Of a stretch of 64,000 bases of DNA, positions 1 to 13,914 are shown one piece after another. This DNA comes from Octopus vulgaris (lineage: Eukaryota). Under the pieces are notes generated by a model. The model was not told the DNA's origin, ran no database searches, and was given only the letters and a program-made list of their open reading frames with translations. How positions within the stretch are numbered: position 1 is the first letter of the stretch; every line of letters begins with the position of its first letter. Both the position numbers and the translations under genes were made by a program. Where the stretch lies: NCBI GenBank assembly GCA_951406725.2, contig OX597822.1:84692001-84756000 (forward strand), given 5' to 3'.

Positions 1-102
1 TAATCTGTTAATCACATACCTCTTCAACAGTAAAAATCAGATGTAAATATTTTAATGACACTCTCACTAATAATCTTGAACACGCGTTTATTGTTCTGCC
101 TC

Positions 103-105
<3 letters not shown>

Positions 106-182
<77 letters not shown>

Positions 183-188
183 TGTATG

Positions 189-222
<34 letters not shown>

Positions 223-441
223 TGTATGTATGTATGTATGTATATAAAATAAAAAAGGAGAGACATACACATATGTGCGCACACACACGAAAGCATGCAC
301 ACAGACAGTCACACACACACATGTATGCATGAATGTATGTATGTATGTATGTATGTATGTATGTATGTATGTATGTATGTATGTATGTATGTATGCATGC
401 ATGCATGCATGTATGTATGTATGTATGTATCTATCTATCTT

Positions 442-484
<43 letters not shown>

Positions 485-489
485 ATCTT

Positions 490-552
<63 letters not shown>
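106..552. repeat. Compound microsatellite (TA)n-(TATG)n-(TATC)n
   Basis: Visible tandem di/tetranucleotide arrays; the overlapping ORFs are low-complexity [12 protein letters not shown] translations. Confidence 0.95.
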
Positions 553-553
<1 letters not shown>

Positions 554-639
554 ATTGCTGTTAATTTATAATTCCCGTACCTCTACTTGTCACGGTGTAC
601 CAAACTAGCGTTGGTGTCGTCTTTGCTTTAATTAAAATA

Positions 640-789
640 AATATTAAAAAGATAAAACAATCTACACATCGACATATTACCGTGTTCTATTGGTACATGG
701 ACTCAATATTATTTCAAGCCTTAACTTCCTGGACTCCAAAGACTTAAAGAAGTCCCTGATTTGAAAATCTACTCCCACAACCATTGTGC

Positions 790-861
<72 letters not shown>

Positions 862-1310
862 TCTGCAAAGACACACACCAAAACAAATAGCATATTTTCA
901 AATGCACGCCACCCAGCGCTTTTTTACTAACTAACTTCTGCATATTGAAACAATTTATGAAAGCATTTTAAGAAACTGATATGTCGATAAAAGAAGCAGG
1001 AAATGGGAAGCAAAGGTGTTTATGCTTTTTTCTCTTTAGGTCATTAACAACGAATGGGAAGTGAAGTGGTTTCGAGCAAGGATTGGGTTTACAACATAGA
1101 TACTTTTTATCGGGGGTCTTTCTTCTTGATCTACATGGACCCCTTTAATTAGCAGTGCCATTTGATATTTCATCACGGCTAATTTCATTTTTTTTGTCCT
1201 CTTATCTGTATAGGCATTTCTGCTAATTACAACGTGTAGATATCTCGTAAAACACTCAGCTCCACATTGTCTCTTACTTCAGGAAGTTCTCGGATTTGTG
1301 TGAGGCACAG
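640..1310 (-). pseudogene. Highly decayed RLE-type (R4/Dong-like) non-LTR retrotransposon C-terminus, split by (CA)n at 792-858
   Basis: Minus-strand fragments CGAECF..., VVNPILARNH, FIDISV and MVVGV occur in the order expected for zinc knuckle, RLE D-motif and terminal VVG region; many stops and frameshifts. Confidence 0.4.
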
Positions 1311-2149
1311 TCTCTTAGTCCCTATTAGAATACTGTAAATTAAGAAGGTTATGAAGGAAGAAGAAATTGTAAGCTCTTCTAACAGAGTAAAAACAAGGGT
1401 CTTGAAGCAAATTAAAAAAAAAAGTAATAATAGGAAACGAAACTAAAGTACAAAAGAAAAAAAAACGACTTGCATACGTATACTCTACCGCATACATACA
1501 TTATATCAACAAGGCTCTTTACCAATCCATCCGTGACAAGTATTTCCTATGTGTCTACGTTGCCAACACCTAATATTCATATGCTTAATTTTGTGAGGCA
1601 TTTAAGGTTAAAACTAGATGCACAACAACAACAGCAACAACAACAGCGACAGCATTAAAAGCCACAGAAATTGCAGCGACGATGACGATAATAAAAATGG
1701 TTGCTCACATTGGCTGAAGGCCATTAATTTATATTGAAAACATCACATTTACTGCTCCGCCATTTCTGTCAACCAATTGTTCTCACAAGAACAACATTAA
1801 CTCAGCGACAACCACAACAAATATCAACGAAAGCAGGAACATCAACAACCATAAGGTTCTTTTACGCCGGAAAAAGCCCACGACATTTTTGCGGCTGGTA
1901 TTTTTCGATCGAATTGATTCGGCCAAAAGATTCGCTTTTGTCTTATGATTTCTTATGATGGGGGAGGGGGTGGGGTGGGGATGGAGAGTAATGTTACCCT
2001 CAATGAGATTCGAATGCAAAACTAAATACTGCGAAGCTTTTAGAAGGGCTAGAAGTTTAGTTGTAGTAGCATCAGCAGCCCAGAAATGTCTCTTATATAG
2101 AAACGTCACTTATAGTAACAATGCAACTAAGCTATAGTATGTGTGTTTG

Positions 2150-2231
<82 letters not shown>

Positions 2232-2320
2232 CAAGTAATATTCTTAGCTACTTTAACATGGCTGTCCGTTCGAACGGATTCTACTGCGGTTTTTTAACCT
2301 CATCTTTGCTTGTTGTATAT

Positions 2321-2398
<78 letters not shown>

Positions 2399-2399
2399 G

Positions 2400-2620
2400 T
2401 TTGTGATTGTGGGTCTTTAAGTCTGTGTTTGTCCCTTCACCACACCTTGACAACCGGTGTTGGTGTATTTACGTCCCTGCAACTTAGAGGTTTGGCTAAA
2501 GACAGAATACGTACCAAGCTTAAAAGAATAAGTATTGCGGTGGATTCGTTTGACTAGAATTCTCCAAAGAAGTGCCCCAGAATGGCCGCTGTTTAATGAC
2601 CGAAGGAAGTAAAAGATAAA
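2400..2620 (+). mobile_element. SINE family B, 3' part
   Basis: cttgacaaccggtgttggtgtatttacgtccc...gaataagta...cccagaatggccgc matches the 3' half of the copy at 62458-62878. Confidence 0.75.
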
Positions 2621-2769
2621 TGATTATATACATACACACACACACACATATATGTATATGATGCATACATATATGCATATATATATACATACATACTTAC
2701 ACATATATACATATTTATATATATGTATGTATACATGTATATACATACATACATATATATATACATATT

Positions 2770-2801
<32 letters not shown>

Positions 2802-2908
2802 TGTATGTATGTATGTATGTATGTATGTATGTATGTATGTATGTATGTATGTGTGTATGTATGTATGTATATATATATATTTATATATATATATATATAT
2901 ATACTGAC

Positions 2909-3139
2909 GGCGGCGAGCTGGCAGAAATGTTAGCGCACTGGGCGAAATGCTTAGCGGTATTCCGTCTGTCGTTACGTTCTGAGTTCAAATTCTGCTGAGG
3001 TCGACTTTGCCTTTCATCCTTTCGGGGTCGATAAATAAACTACCAGTTTCGCACTGGGGTCGATGTAATCGACTTAATCCGTGTGTCTGTCCTTGTTTGT
3101 CCTCTCTATGTTTAGCCCCTTGTGGGCAGTAAAGAAATA
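2909..3139 (+). mobile_element. SINE family A (tRNA-like head, central gcctttcatcctttcggggtcgataaa core, tail ending gtaaagaaata)
   Basis: A-box-like ctggcagaa, B-box-like gagttcaaatt; about 10 copies in the window; core resembles the Meta/MESC SINE domain (from memory). Confidence 0.85.
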
Positions 3140-3211
3140 TATATATATATACATACATGCATATTTATATATATGTATTCATATATATATATACACATAT
3201 ATATGCATACA

Positions 3212-3284
<73 letters not shown>

Positions 3285-4649
3285 TATGTGTATATCGAGG
3301 TGAATGAAAATAAAACCACAGGATAGATGTTGTGGTTATGTTGTGATAATACAGAAAAGATTATCACAAAAGAACATGAGAATCAAGAAGAATGATTTTG
3401 AGGAGATATTGCACTTTGAAACTGTTTATAGGTGAGAAATGTTTCATAAAATAAATATAAGAAAATTACTGAGCCAATGAAAAAGCGGAAACAACAAAGA
3501 ATGACGTCAGCACGATATGGAAACGAGGCTGACTGTGAATCCGCCGGAGACAAGAGAATCACCTGCGTAGGAAGACATTTGGTTCCTCTGCAGGTGGAGA
3601 TGATATTGTAAAAGATAGATCGATAGATAGATAAAAGAGAGAGAGAGAGAGAGAGAGAGAAGGGGCAGAGAAATAGAGAGAAAGATAAAGAGAGAGAGAA
3701 AGATAAAGAGAGAGAGAGAGAGAGAGAGGGAGGCAGAGAAATACAGAGAAAGATAAAGAGAGAGAGAAACAGAAAGAGACATAGAGAGATAGAAGGAGAG
3801 AGAGAGAAAGCGAGTAAGGAATACAGTGAACAGCAATTAAATCGCAAATTGTCGTTTTATCCATGTTAGTCTCTTTATATTCTTTGATTGTTTAAAGAAT
3901 GGTAGAAAATAGACAAACACCACTGACTGGCAGATTGGAAGGAACCCCTCGAAGTTGGAAACATGAACCTAGGTTATAGGGGTCTTACAGAACATTCAAA
4001 GAAAACAAATTAGTAAGAATAACACAATTCAGGAGTAGAATGATGTGTGATAGGGTGAACGGCACGAAAACATTTCGCAGGCAAATTGAATCTACAGGGA
4101 GTAGAAACATGGAGCGAACTGTGAATGTACGGAGATAATTAAAGAGATAAAATGAGACCATTCCAAGTCACGAAAGATTAAGAAATGTCGAGCAAAGAGA
4201 CTTGATAAAACAACGTTTTCATGCGACTTGAATAAATAGTGATCTTTGACATAAGCACAAATCTATCCATTTCAGGGGAAGAGACGGGGAAGAGTGACAC
4301 AGTTAATCCAATGAAACCAGGTACTTTACTGCTTCTTGTTTTATCGAACTCAAAAGGCTGAGAGGCCAAAAAAATTAGAACGTAAAAGAACGTAACTAAA
4401 TACGACAAACCATTTTATCTGCTTCTGCTTTAATGGTCTGGAACTCAAAAGACAAATATGGTCTTAGAACGATGACTGTTGTTGAGCGATTTTTGCTTTG
4501 CTTTGCATGTTTACGTTGCACAACCGAGTACCGCTGGTGCGACTTGGGGTACGTGCAGTGCAATTTTCTCTTCTTTCCATTGTACAATACATAAACATGT
4601 GAGCGGTGCCATTTACGTTGTGTCTGTCTCTCTGTTTCTCTGTCTATCC

Positions 4650-4680
<31 letters not shown>

Positions 4681-4704
4681 GCTCTGTCTCTCTGTCTCTC
4701 TCTG

Positions 4705-4737
<33 letters not shown>

Positions 4738-4897
4738 TCCTCTCTATCAATGTAGTACTTTCGCTACCTGATCGTGTCGTCACAACTTGTAGTGGTTTTG
4801 GATAAGTGTAGGGCATTTGTTCGTTATATAGGCAATGGTTTCATTATTGATGCGGTTCAGTGGAGACACTTGCTCAATCTTGAGGTTGATCCTGCAG

Positions 4898-4954
<57 letters not shown>

Positions 4955-4957
<3 letters not shown>

Positions 4958-5452
4958 AAGTTTTATTTTTATAACGTGCTTTCACTGCACTACCGAGCGC
5001 AGCTCTGTGTGCCTTGGGTATGTGCTGTGGTTTGATGTGTTGCTCTTATGGTTACTGTATTGAAATTGTTTTGCGTAGTATGTCTGCAGTGCCCAGTAGT
5101 GCAATTTTCTGTATGTTATATATATTTGTTAGTCCTGGTGTTTTTGTTATGTATTTGTCTGAATATTTTTTATCATACCTAGTGCGCCTACTATGATAGG
5201 AATTGTTTCTGTCTTTAGGCTCCACATTCGAGTTACCTCTAATTCCAGGTCTTTGTATTTTGAAAGTTGCTCCATTTCTTTTAGAGAAACGTTGTTATTT
5301 GTTGGTATTGATACATCAATTAGGAAATTTTTTCTTCATGATCTCTGACAACTATATCTGGCCCATTGGCTTTGATTTCTCTGTTTTTGTGTATTAGTAT
5401 GGTTGCTTTCTCATTTTCTGTGACTTTTTCTGGCGGGTGCGCATACCATCTT
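4955..5452 (-). mobile_element. R4/Dong-like non-LTR retrotransposon 3' end (family A), 5'-truncated, in (TAA)n
   Basis: Minus translation RWYAHPPEKVTENEKATIL...ANGPDIVVRDHEEK...IALLGTADILRKTISIQ; near-identical to 21811-22330; (TTA)n or related triplet repeats on both sides. Confidence 0.9.
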
Positions 5453-5458
5453 ATTGTT

Positions 5459-5572
<114 letters not shown>

Positions 5573-5604
5573 ATTTTTATTATTATCATTATTATTATTA
5601 TTAT

Positions 5605-5741
5605 ATGGAATCTCAGCTTATTTTGCTGGGTATGATGAAAAGTGTCACCTGTCCACAGCCAGTAGACTAAAGTGACACTTGTTTACTGGTCATGCTTCAA
5701 GAACCTTGCAAAGAATTCTTGCAGTTCCAAGCAATGCTGAA
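5605..5741 (-). mobile_element. Very short 3' end of a second R4/Dong-like family
   Basis: Minus translation SALLGTARILCKVLEA* plus a distinct 3' UTR, flanked by (TTA)/(GTT) repeats. Confidence 0.75.
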
Positions 5742-5761
5742 TATAGTTGTTGTTGTTGTTG

Positions 5762-5829
<68 letters not shown>

Positions 5830-6355
5830 GAGTGAGAGAGCAGTTCATGCCATCAAAGTGACACTGGGGTAAAAATATACGAAGCCCAGTATACCCATCA
5901 TGACTACCCGTCTGATAAGGGTACACCAGGCACATGCATCACAACCATATGTGCGCGACATGGTGATCTCATATCAAGATAAACAGCACATAACCTTGCA
6001 GGTGGGGCCCAGTTAGAATTTTCTTCAGGTTGAGTAGCCCATCCCGCTCAAACTGTCCCTGAATAAGGGTTGTTTAAGGATGTTGAAAGAACCACCCATG
6101 TTTCCAGAGGTGAATTATTCAAACCCCAAAGAATCCCTCTCAACACATGGCTATGATGCTCCCCCACTACTTCTGCTCGTGATCAGAGATGCACATATCG
6201 TCAGCCACTAAGGGACATGCTCAACTGGTTAAGGTCAAACAACTGACAAGCAAATCTGTGGTATTGAGCAGAATATTTACTGTAGCCCATCTTTTATACC
6301 AAGACAAAACAATGTACATGATAACACTTCCAATCAGTTAAGATCAGAAGCCATG

Positions 6356-6356
<1 letters not shown>
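5830..6356. mobile_element. Non-coding interspersed element inserted in (TAA)n
   Basis: 527 bp of complex sequence with sharp boundaries to pure (TTA)n on both sides; no recognisable ORF. Confidence 0.6.
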
Positions 6357-6430
<74 letters not shown>

Positions 6431-6439
6431 TACTGCTGG

Positions 6440-7370
6440 AAAGAGAGCGGACGTCCTTGATCTTGACAAGAACATTTAGACTGGTGAGTTCGTTGCTATT
6501 GATATTCCAATTTATACTTGTGTATGTTGTTATCTGCAAGAAGTCGCGTGGAGTAAGTAGCATAGTTTCGTGTGGAAAAGATTTGGTAAGGTTCTCAGTT
6601 AAGAGTGGGGTGTGTGAGTGGGATGTCTGGTGAGGGTTAAAACAAAATAGAGTTGGTGAATGGAGAAGCGGCAGATACATAAGAAAGAAGAGTAGAATGT
6701 GTTATAGAAGAAAGAAAGAGGGAAAGAATCGTTGCACCGAGACCAGCGCCTGTTGTTCATTTGTAATTAAATCTTTGGGATATCAACTAAATGACTATTT
6801 CTTTAATTGCAAGTGTAGGATGTCTGTGTGTCTATCAGCAACACACTCTCAATGTATGATAAATATTTTAACACAGGTCTTACTTGAGCTTTGCTGACAG
6901 TCAACAACCGATCAAAGACTTTTCTGGCTTTAAAGAGGAATCCTAATATTTGGAATGGGTTGTTGCCATTTTGAAGATTGGTAATTTCAAGATATTGTTC
7001 TCTGTCAGTAGATCTGTAGAATAAACCACATGAAAATGAGGAGATCGTTTAAGGGATGATGAGAAACCTACATTGGTGGATATCATGATCACACGCTCAA
7101 CTAGCTGACGTGATTTAAAGGTGAAATACATTTGTTGCCAAGGATCATAGAACTTGCAGCAGTCAGTAGGATGTCTTCAAACAATAAAAGATTGACAAGG
7201 AGGCAGGATATGGTGGAATAGATAGCTTTTACTAGGATAAAATCTGACGATTCGATATCAGCAGGAACTGTGAGGGCAGAGTAAAAGTTGGCTTTAGAAA
7301 TGAAAGATGTGAAGAATATTCGAAGAGTCAAGGTACTTATCAGGGATTAAAAGTCTGGGATAGAAACAAG
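6440..7370 (-). pseudogene. Decayed CR1/L2-group LINE RT C-terminus
   Basis: Minus fragments LGFLFKARKVF...KAQVRPVLKY... resemble the LGFL.RARK...YKAQVRP.MEY region downstream of the RT core. Confidence 0.6.
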
Positions 7371-7397
7371 ATAATAAAGGATTCGATCTATATTGTG

Positions 7398-7735
7398 AAG
7401 GCACGTGGCTTAGTGGTTAGGGTATTCAGTTTTGTGGCTAGGGTATTCGGCTCACGATCATAAGATCATAAGTTCGATTCCCGGCGACGCGTTGTGTCCT
7501 TGAGCAAGACACTTTATTTCATGTTGCTGCAGTTCATTCAGCTAACAAAAATGAGTTGTACCTGTAAATCAAAGGGCCGACCTTGTCACACTCTGTGTCA
7601 CGTTGAATCTCCCTGAGAACAATGTTAAGGGTACGCATGTCTGTGGAGTGCTCAGCCGCTTGCACGTTAATTTCACGAGTAGGGTGTTCCGTTAATCGGA
7701 TCAACTGGAACACTTGTCGTCGTAACCGACGGAGA
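7398..7735 (+). mobile_element. SINE family C (tRNA-derived head)
   Basis: A box tggcttagtgg, B box gttcgattcc, then tgtgtccttgagcaagacactt; related copies at 30459-30764, 54596-54937 and 60410-60575. Confidence 0.8.
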
Positions 7736-7899
7736 ACCAGGCAGTTTATATTACAGTGGTGTTGATGCTGTCGGTGTTATACTCATTGACGTAAAACATA
7801 TAAGGTAACTGTTTTGTCGATGAACAAACCTATAAGATAAATCGATCGAACCATGGTCATTAGATGCATTTTCAAGGAGTGTTTTGCCCTGTTGACCTT

Positions 7900-8500
7900 G
7901 ACGTGTGGGGAAATAGAAGTTGGGCCGTTGAAAACATTGCCAAGGAGATTAACGAGTGTAACTGAAATACGTACAACGGAGATCGGACATGGGTTAAGTA
8001 TTCAATTTATTGTAAGCCTCACCACATACACCTCGATGCTCATCATATACACATGAATACGCATAAAACATTTCTATAGAAGCAGGCACAGAAAACCGCA
8101 GAAGATGCTACTGAAAATCTCAATTATGTCGCATATCTGTGGAATACATTAGAGATGTGATCAACAGCTGCTCTACAATGTCATTAAGGGTCTACCTTCT
8201 TATGTGGCATCGCTTTGTAACTAAAACAATATACAATACCATCGGTAGGAAGGACGGCACGAGTTTGAAAAAAAAATCTTCTTGATGTTGAGTATATTCG
8301 CATATTGCAATACAAGGAATATTTCTGGAACATTCCAATCAAAATTTCCCCTAAATACAAACACAACAGGCCTCATATAGTTGTTTAGTACAGAAGATAA
8401 ATTCATGTTCTGTTATAGAGATCAGTTTCTCAGCCGACAGAAAAGTTACGTTCGAAGTTGTTAACAAAGAGATTATCAAATGGTTCAAACCCCACAATTT
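7900..8500 (+). pseudogene. Decayed RLE-type (R4/NeSL-like) retrotransposon C-terminal region
   Basis: Plus translation EYIRDVINSCSTMS...EYFWNIPIKISPKYKHNRPHIVV...SVIEISFSAD, matching the zinc knuckle then RPD-IVV...IEIS of the restriction-like endonuclease. Confidence 0.65.
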
Positions 8501-9505
8501 CTTTAAATTGCCATTTTTACATCGAATTATTGATGTACTTATATATAATTATCACATATGGTGACGGGGGTGGCATGCTAGGGCACTGCCTTGAAAAGTT
8601 TTTAATCTATCTTCTCAACCCGCCATTGATTTTAAATTCTGTTTTTTATTTTAAGGATTTGTATTTCTCGCACCGCTAAGTTGTGCAATATAAACACTTT
8701 TTGCAAATAGCCCCAACATAGGGACAGATACACACACACGCACTTACACAAGCAGACGCACACATACTAACATTCTCACACACAGACAATCACATAACAC
8801 ACACACACATATACACACATTCTCACATACACACATACATACGAGGGCTGTTCAGTTTCCTTTTATGAGTTTCACCTCAAAGGCAGTCCGAGGCTGTTGT
8901 CCAAAACTTTTAGGTCCAAAAGTACCGTCTTGTGAAGCCAAACAGATGAGTCTTAAAACGAATTGTTGTTTTTATAGTTTTTTAACGAATTTCTAAAAAT
9001 ACTATACCGGTTTCAATAATTTTTCAATTTTTCAATGGTAAATAAAAACAGAAGGTAAAAGTTTAAAAGAAAGTGAGTGTACAAGGAAATCATAATCGGA
9101 TAACCAAATCTCCATGGAAATTAAGTAAATTTTACTGCAATAAAAATGATAGAAGATCTGATATTCCACAAATTTCATTACTTGTTACTTTGAAACCTAT
9201 TGGGCCCACAAGCACGTACTTTTGTCATGAAATTTTAACATTTTCTGTTACTGTGAAATGTATTGAATATTTCAACTTGTGTGAACATTTGATTTTTAAA
9301 AGCACGTTTTTTCATTATGGAATTCTCTGCCGCACATTCATTTTCTTTTCAACTTTTACCCTTTTTATTTTAAGAATTGAAAAATAAAGAAAAACAAAAA
9401 AAGATTGATGAAACCACGATGATTTTAAAAAAAAATTGCAAAACATTAAAAAAAATTACAGTTAGTTTTCAGACCCAGGCACATCTTCAGACCCTTATTT
9501 TTTCT

Positions 9506-9581
<76 letters not shown>

Positions 9582-9608
9582 TGTGTTTGTGTGCGTGTAT
9601 GTGAATTC

Positions 9609-9663
<55 letters not shown>

Positions 9664-10215
9664 GATCTATCTATCTATCTATCTATCTAGTAACGCACAC
9701 GAAGAAGCATGCACGTATGTATAAATATATTTTTGTATGTGTGCGATCGTATGTATGTGTGAACAATTATTTAAGTACCCGACTTTCGTGTTTCTACATA
9801 CCAAACCATTGTCCAAAGAGTGAAGTTGTTAATAACGCCACTGATTTGATGAAAAAAAAAAGAGAAAGAAATACAGTAAGAAGTAAAAGTATTCTCAAAG
9901 ACAAAATTTTAAAATTAATTCTAACGAAGTTTATTCTCAAGTACATGTTTCAAGTCAGTTTATCAATAATTTCTGTAAAAATCACATAATGTTCTCTGCT
10001 TTTCTGAGACCGATATCTGATTACTGGGCTGTTGAATTGTATTCTTCTATGTTTAGATTTTTTTTTTAGTTAACTCCATCCCAGTTAATTATTTGTTAAT
10101 CTCGCAGAACGAGAATTTGAGTAATTCCACCCAAGCCTAATTCTAGTTATTGTTAAAAGTCTATATATATTTGGTATATTATAGTTTTTTTACACCCTAT
10201 CTATCTATCTATCTA

Positions 10216-10659
10216 TTGTCTAGCGAATGTTTTAAAAAAAGATGGGTGAATGTAGCAAGAATGGCACGTATGAATGACGAAGCCACCTTGACTATGATTC
10301 TATGAACCATAAAAATTAATACAGAGAGTTGCTTATTTGCAAAAAAACAAAAAAAAAAGAAATATAACATGTGACTTCATTGACCGAGGTTACCGTGGTC
10401 TTTTCCGTAGGCTTTTCTTTCCACGGGTAAACCTCACCTGTCCTCCCCTTTACACTCCATATTGACATTTCTGTGATAACGATCCCTATTATTCATTTTT
10501 TATTTTTTATTTTTACTTTTTTTCTCCCCCCTTTTTCTTTCCTTTTACGATCCCTTTTGATCGAAAACCACCACTCTCCTTTTTTTACCCCCAAAAGAAA
10601 AGCTCTACCTTGTAATTTGTTCTATCTGTGTGCAGCCCTGTGTGGCTAATAAAGAAACA

Positions 10660-10660
<1 letters not shown>
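10216..10660 (+). mobile_element. Tx1/L1-clade LINE 3' end inserted in (TATC)n
   Basis: ORF end LSSECFKKRWVNVARMARMNDEATLTMIL* (F..RW terminal motif), T-rich 3' UTR, AATAAA near 10648; (CTAT)n on both flanks. Confidence 0.65.
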
Positions 10661-10717
<57 letters not shown>

Positions 10718-10746
10718 CCTATCTATCTATCTACCTACCTACCTAC

Positions 10747-10817
<71 letters not shown>

Positions 10818-10826
10818 CCTACCTAC

Positions 10827-10872
<46 letters not shown>

Positions 10873-10892
10873 ATCTATCTTTCTATCCATCC

Positions 10893-10987
<95 letters not shown>

Positions 10988-10988
10988 A
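10659..10988. repeat. (TATC)n/(TACC)n microsatellite, about 330 bp
   Basis: Direct inspection. Confidence 0.97.
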
Positions 10989-11453
10989 TACCTTTCAATC
11001 TCTTTACTTATTTATATAGCACACTTGTTCTTATCTTACTCTTATTCACTCACCATCTCAAAGACTTTGCTGAACATAGAAACCCATTGCTCCCTCCCCA
11101 CATTTCCTCTATTTCTTTCTTCCTCTCCCCCATCTCTCTCTCTCTCTCTCCCTCTCTCACACACACAAGAGCGTGCATCCCCCTTGCTCTCTTTATCTTT
11201 GACTTCTACCCTCCTGCGTTTCTCATCTTGGGTGGCACTCTGTAAATTAATATTCATAATCTATTCTAAGTTCCTTTTTCAGAGGATTTCTTAGAGAAAG
11301 AAAAATACAAACAACAAAAACACGCCCAAGAACAACCACTCCACGGCGACTACGACGGTGACGACCCCCCCCCACCACTACAATCAACACCAACATTATT
11401 ACTCAACCACCAGTATATAGGTGTGTGTTTGTTTGTGTATATACATATGTACT

Positions 11454-11542
<89 letters not shown>

Positions 11543-11627
11543 ATATATATATATACATACACATACATACATATATACATATTTATACATATATAATATA
11601 TATAATATATACATATAAATATATGTG

Positions 11628-11684
<57 letters not shown>

Positions 11685-12289
11685 ACATATATATATATAT
11701 ATATGTATGTATACGTGTATACTTGTGTAGCTATAAATATTTATACATATGTGCATGTATATATGCTTATATCTGTACATATGTCCCTCTCCCTCTCTCT
11801 CTCCCTTTCCCTCTCTCTCTATCTATCTATCTATTGGTCTATCTGTCCGTACTAATTTATTATAAGGTAGGTTATAACAATGCTTTGCGTATTCTGACCT
11901 AGGGCTTTCAGTGTCCCACCTCATGAAACGAAATCATGTTTTACTTAAAACTACTTCGTGATAGAGTCTCCTTGTAATAATCTTTAGTATTGATATCAGA
12001 AATTTTTTCGTAAGAAATGCTAGATCATTCAAGACTAATATTTAGAGGATAAACTCTGTAACATGTTATACAGGTGGTTTGAAATCCATTAGGTGTACTA
12101 CAAGATTTCATTCAACCGTTTATGCGGATGTATTTGCAAGAATGTAAGTGTAATGTAAAGTCGAAGACGAAATACTCATTTTGTGGTTCTGTCTTGCTAT
12201 TATTGAGTTTTAGTTTGAAAAATTTGAAATCTTGACAAGGTTTCTGCTATGTCTGTTTGATGGTTCTGGATATTACGCAGCTTTTGAAA

Positions 12290-12503
12290 CCGGTGAGTTG
12301 CCAGAATCTTTTGCACGCCGAGCAAAAAAATGCTTGCCGACATTTCGTCCGTCTTTACATCCTGAGTTCGAAATGCTGTCAAAGTAAACTTTACCTTTCA
12401 TCCTTTCAGGGTCGATAAAATAAGTACCAGTTGAATTTTGGGGTCAATGTAATCAACTTACCCCGCCTCTTCCAAAAAATTGCTGGCCTTGTGTCAAAAT
12501 TTG
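12290..12503 (+). mobile_element. SINE family A copy
   Basis: ctgagttcgaaat...cctttcatcctttcagggtcgataaaataagtaccag core. Confidence 0.8.
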
Positions 12504-12595
12504 ATCTGATATTCATTTCATTTGAGTGTAGGATTTAACAGTTCTTTCCAAACAAGAATTATTACAACCAGTCGAATAATGCATTTCTTTCCAAA

Positions 12596-12775
12596 AGAAT
12601 TATGTACATTATTTACATTTGACGGATATTTGTCCCCATCTTGTTTGTTGTTAACACAACGTTTCGGCTGATATACCCTCCAGCCTTCATCAGGTGTTTT
12701 GGGGAAATTTTTCGATGTTATTATTATTATTCAGGTCCCTGCCTGGAATCGAACTCAGAACCTTAGTTTTAGTAC
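12596..12775 (-). mobile_element. tRNA-headed hammerhead SINE, internally deleted copy
   Basis: Same head 3' part (gagttcgattccaggcag), (AAT)n and tail as 42818-43085. Confidence 0.85.
12653..12698 (-). ncRNA. Minimal type I hammerhead ribozyme (intact core)
   Basis: aacac-CTGATGA-a-ggctg(gagggtatat)cagcc-GAAA-C-GTT-gtgtt: stem I 5 bp, stem II 5 bp, palindromic ACGU stem III, GUU cleavage triplet. Confidence 0.85.
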
Positions 12776-12973
12776 GAAAATATATATTTACATATCTATC
12801 GGAGGTGGAGTAGCAATTTTCCCTCTAGAACCCAGAGTAATTCTTTGAGACATGTTTTTGGGAAAAATAAGTGCTGCTGATATGCAATCATATAGGCCTT
12901 ATACGAGCGCTTTTGCAAAATTTGCATATTTATCTTCATATCATCTTTTATCGCACTGTATGTTTGTCTATCT

Positions 12974-13024
<51 letters not shown>

Positions 13025-13108
13025 CACACATGTATCCATATATATAAATATGTATATGTCTGCGTATGTTTATACATATATGCACATACATATATATATG
13101 TATGTATA

Positions 13109-13172
<64 letters not shown>

Positions 13173-13177
13173 TATGG

Positions 13178-13228
<51 letters not shown>

Positions 13229-13726
13229 ATTTATGTATATATACGCTTATACACATGTATAGAGTGTATAAACATTGAATAAACCTTCTCGTTCTTCCAG
13301 CAGAAACTAGTCAGATCCGCCCTCCCCGCAACTAAAACAAGACAACAAGGCTACAAGTCTTTTACTTCGAGAGACAGCAAAGAAAGAACATTATGTAATA
13401 AGCGACGAGACCACCCCGCCACAAACACCACGAAACACAGGCTCGTTTACAAAGCAAAACTTATGAACGTAACATCGCATGCTTCTTTTCAATGTTACGC
13501 AACACTAAACACAACGGCAGATCTGGCGCTCCACAGACTTTCGCAAACAAAAGGGCGCAATCAACAACCTTTTCTTTGGCACAAACACACAGACACACGC
13601 AGACACACACACAGACACACACACACACACAGACACACGTAGACACACACACAGACACACACACATACACACGCACACACACACTTATCTAGTCGTTTGG
13701 GTTGAAATTCTGAAGGCATATGTTAT

Positions 13727-13797
<71 letters not shown>

Positions 13798-13822
13798 CAC
13801 ATACATATATATATATATATAT

Positions 13823-13914
<92 letters not shown>

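Noticed and set aside
3420-4300. Possible LINE RT remnant (SSYAGDS resembling YADD) on the minus strand
   Set aside because: Single weak motif; surrounding frames gave no ordered supporting motifs.
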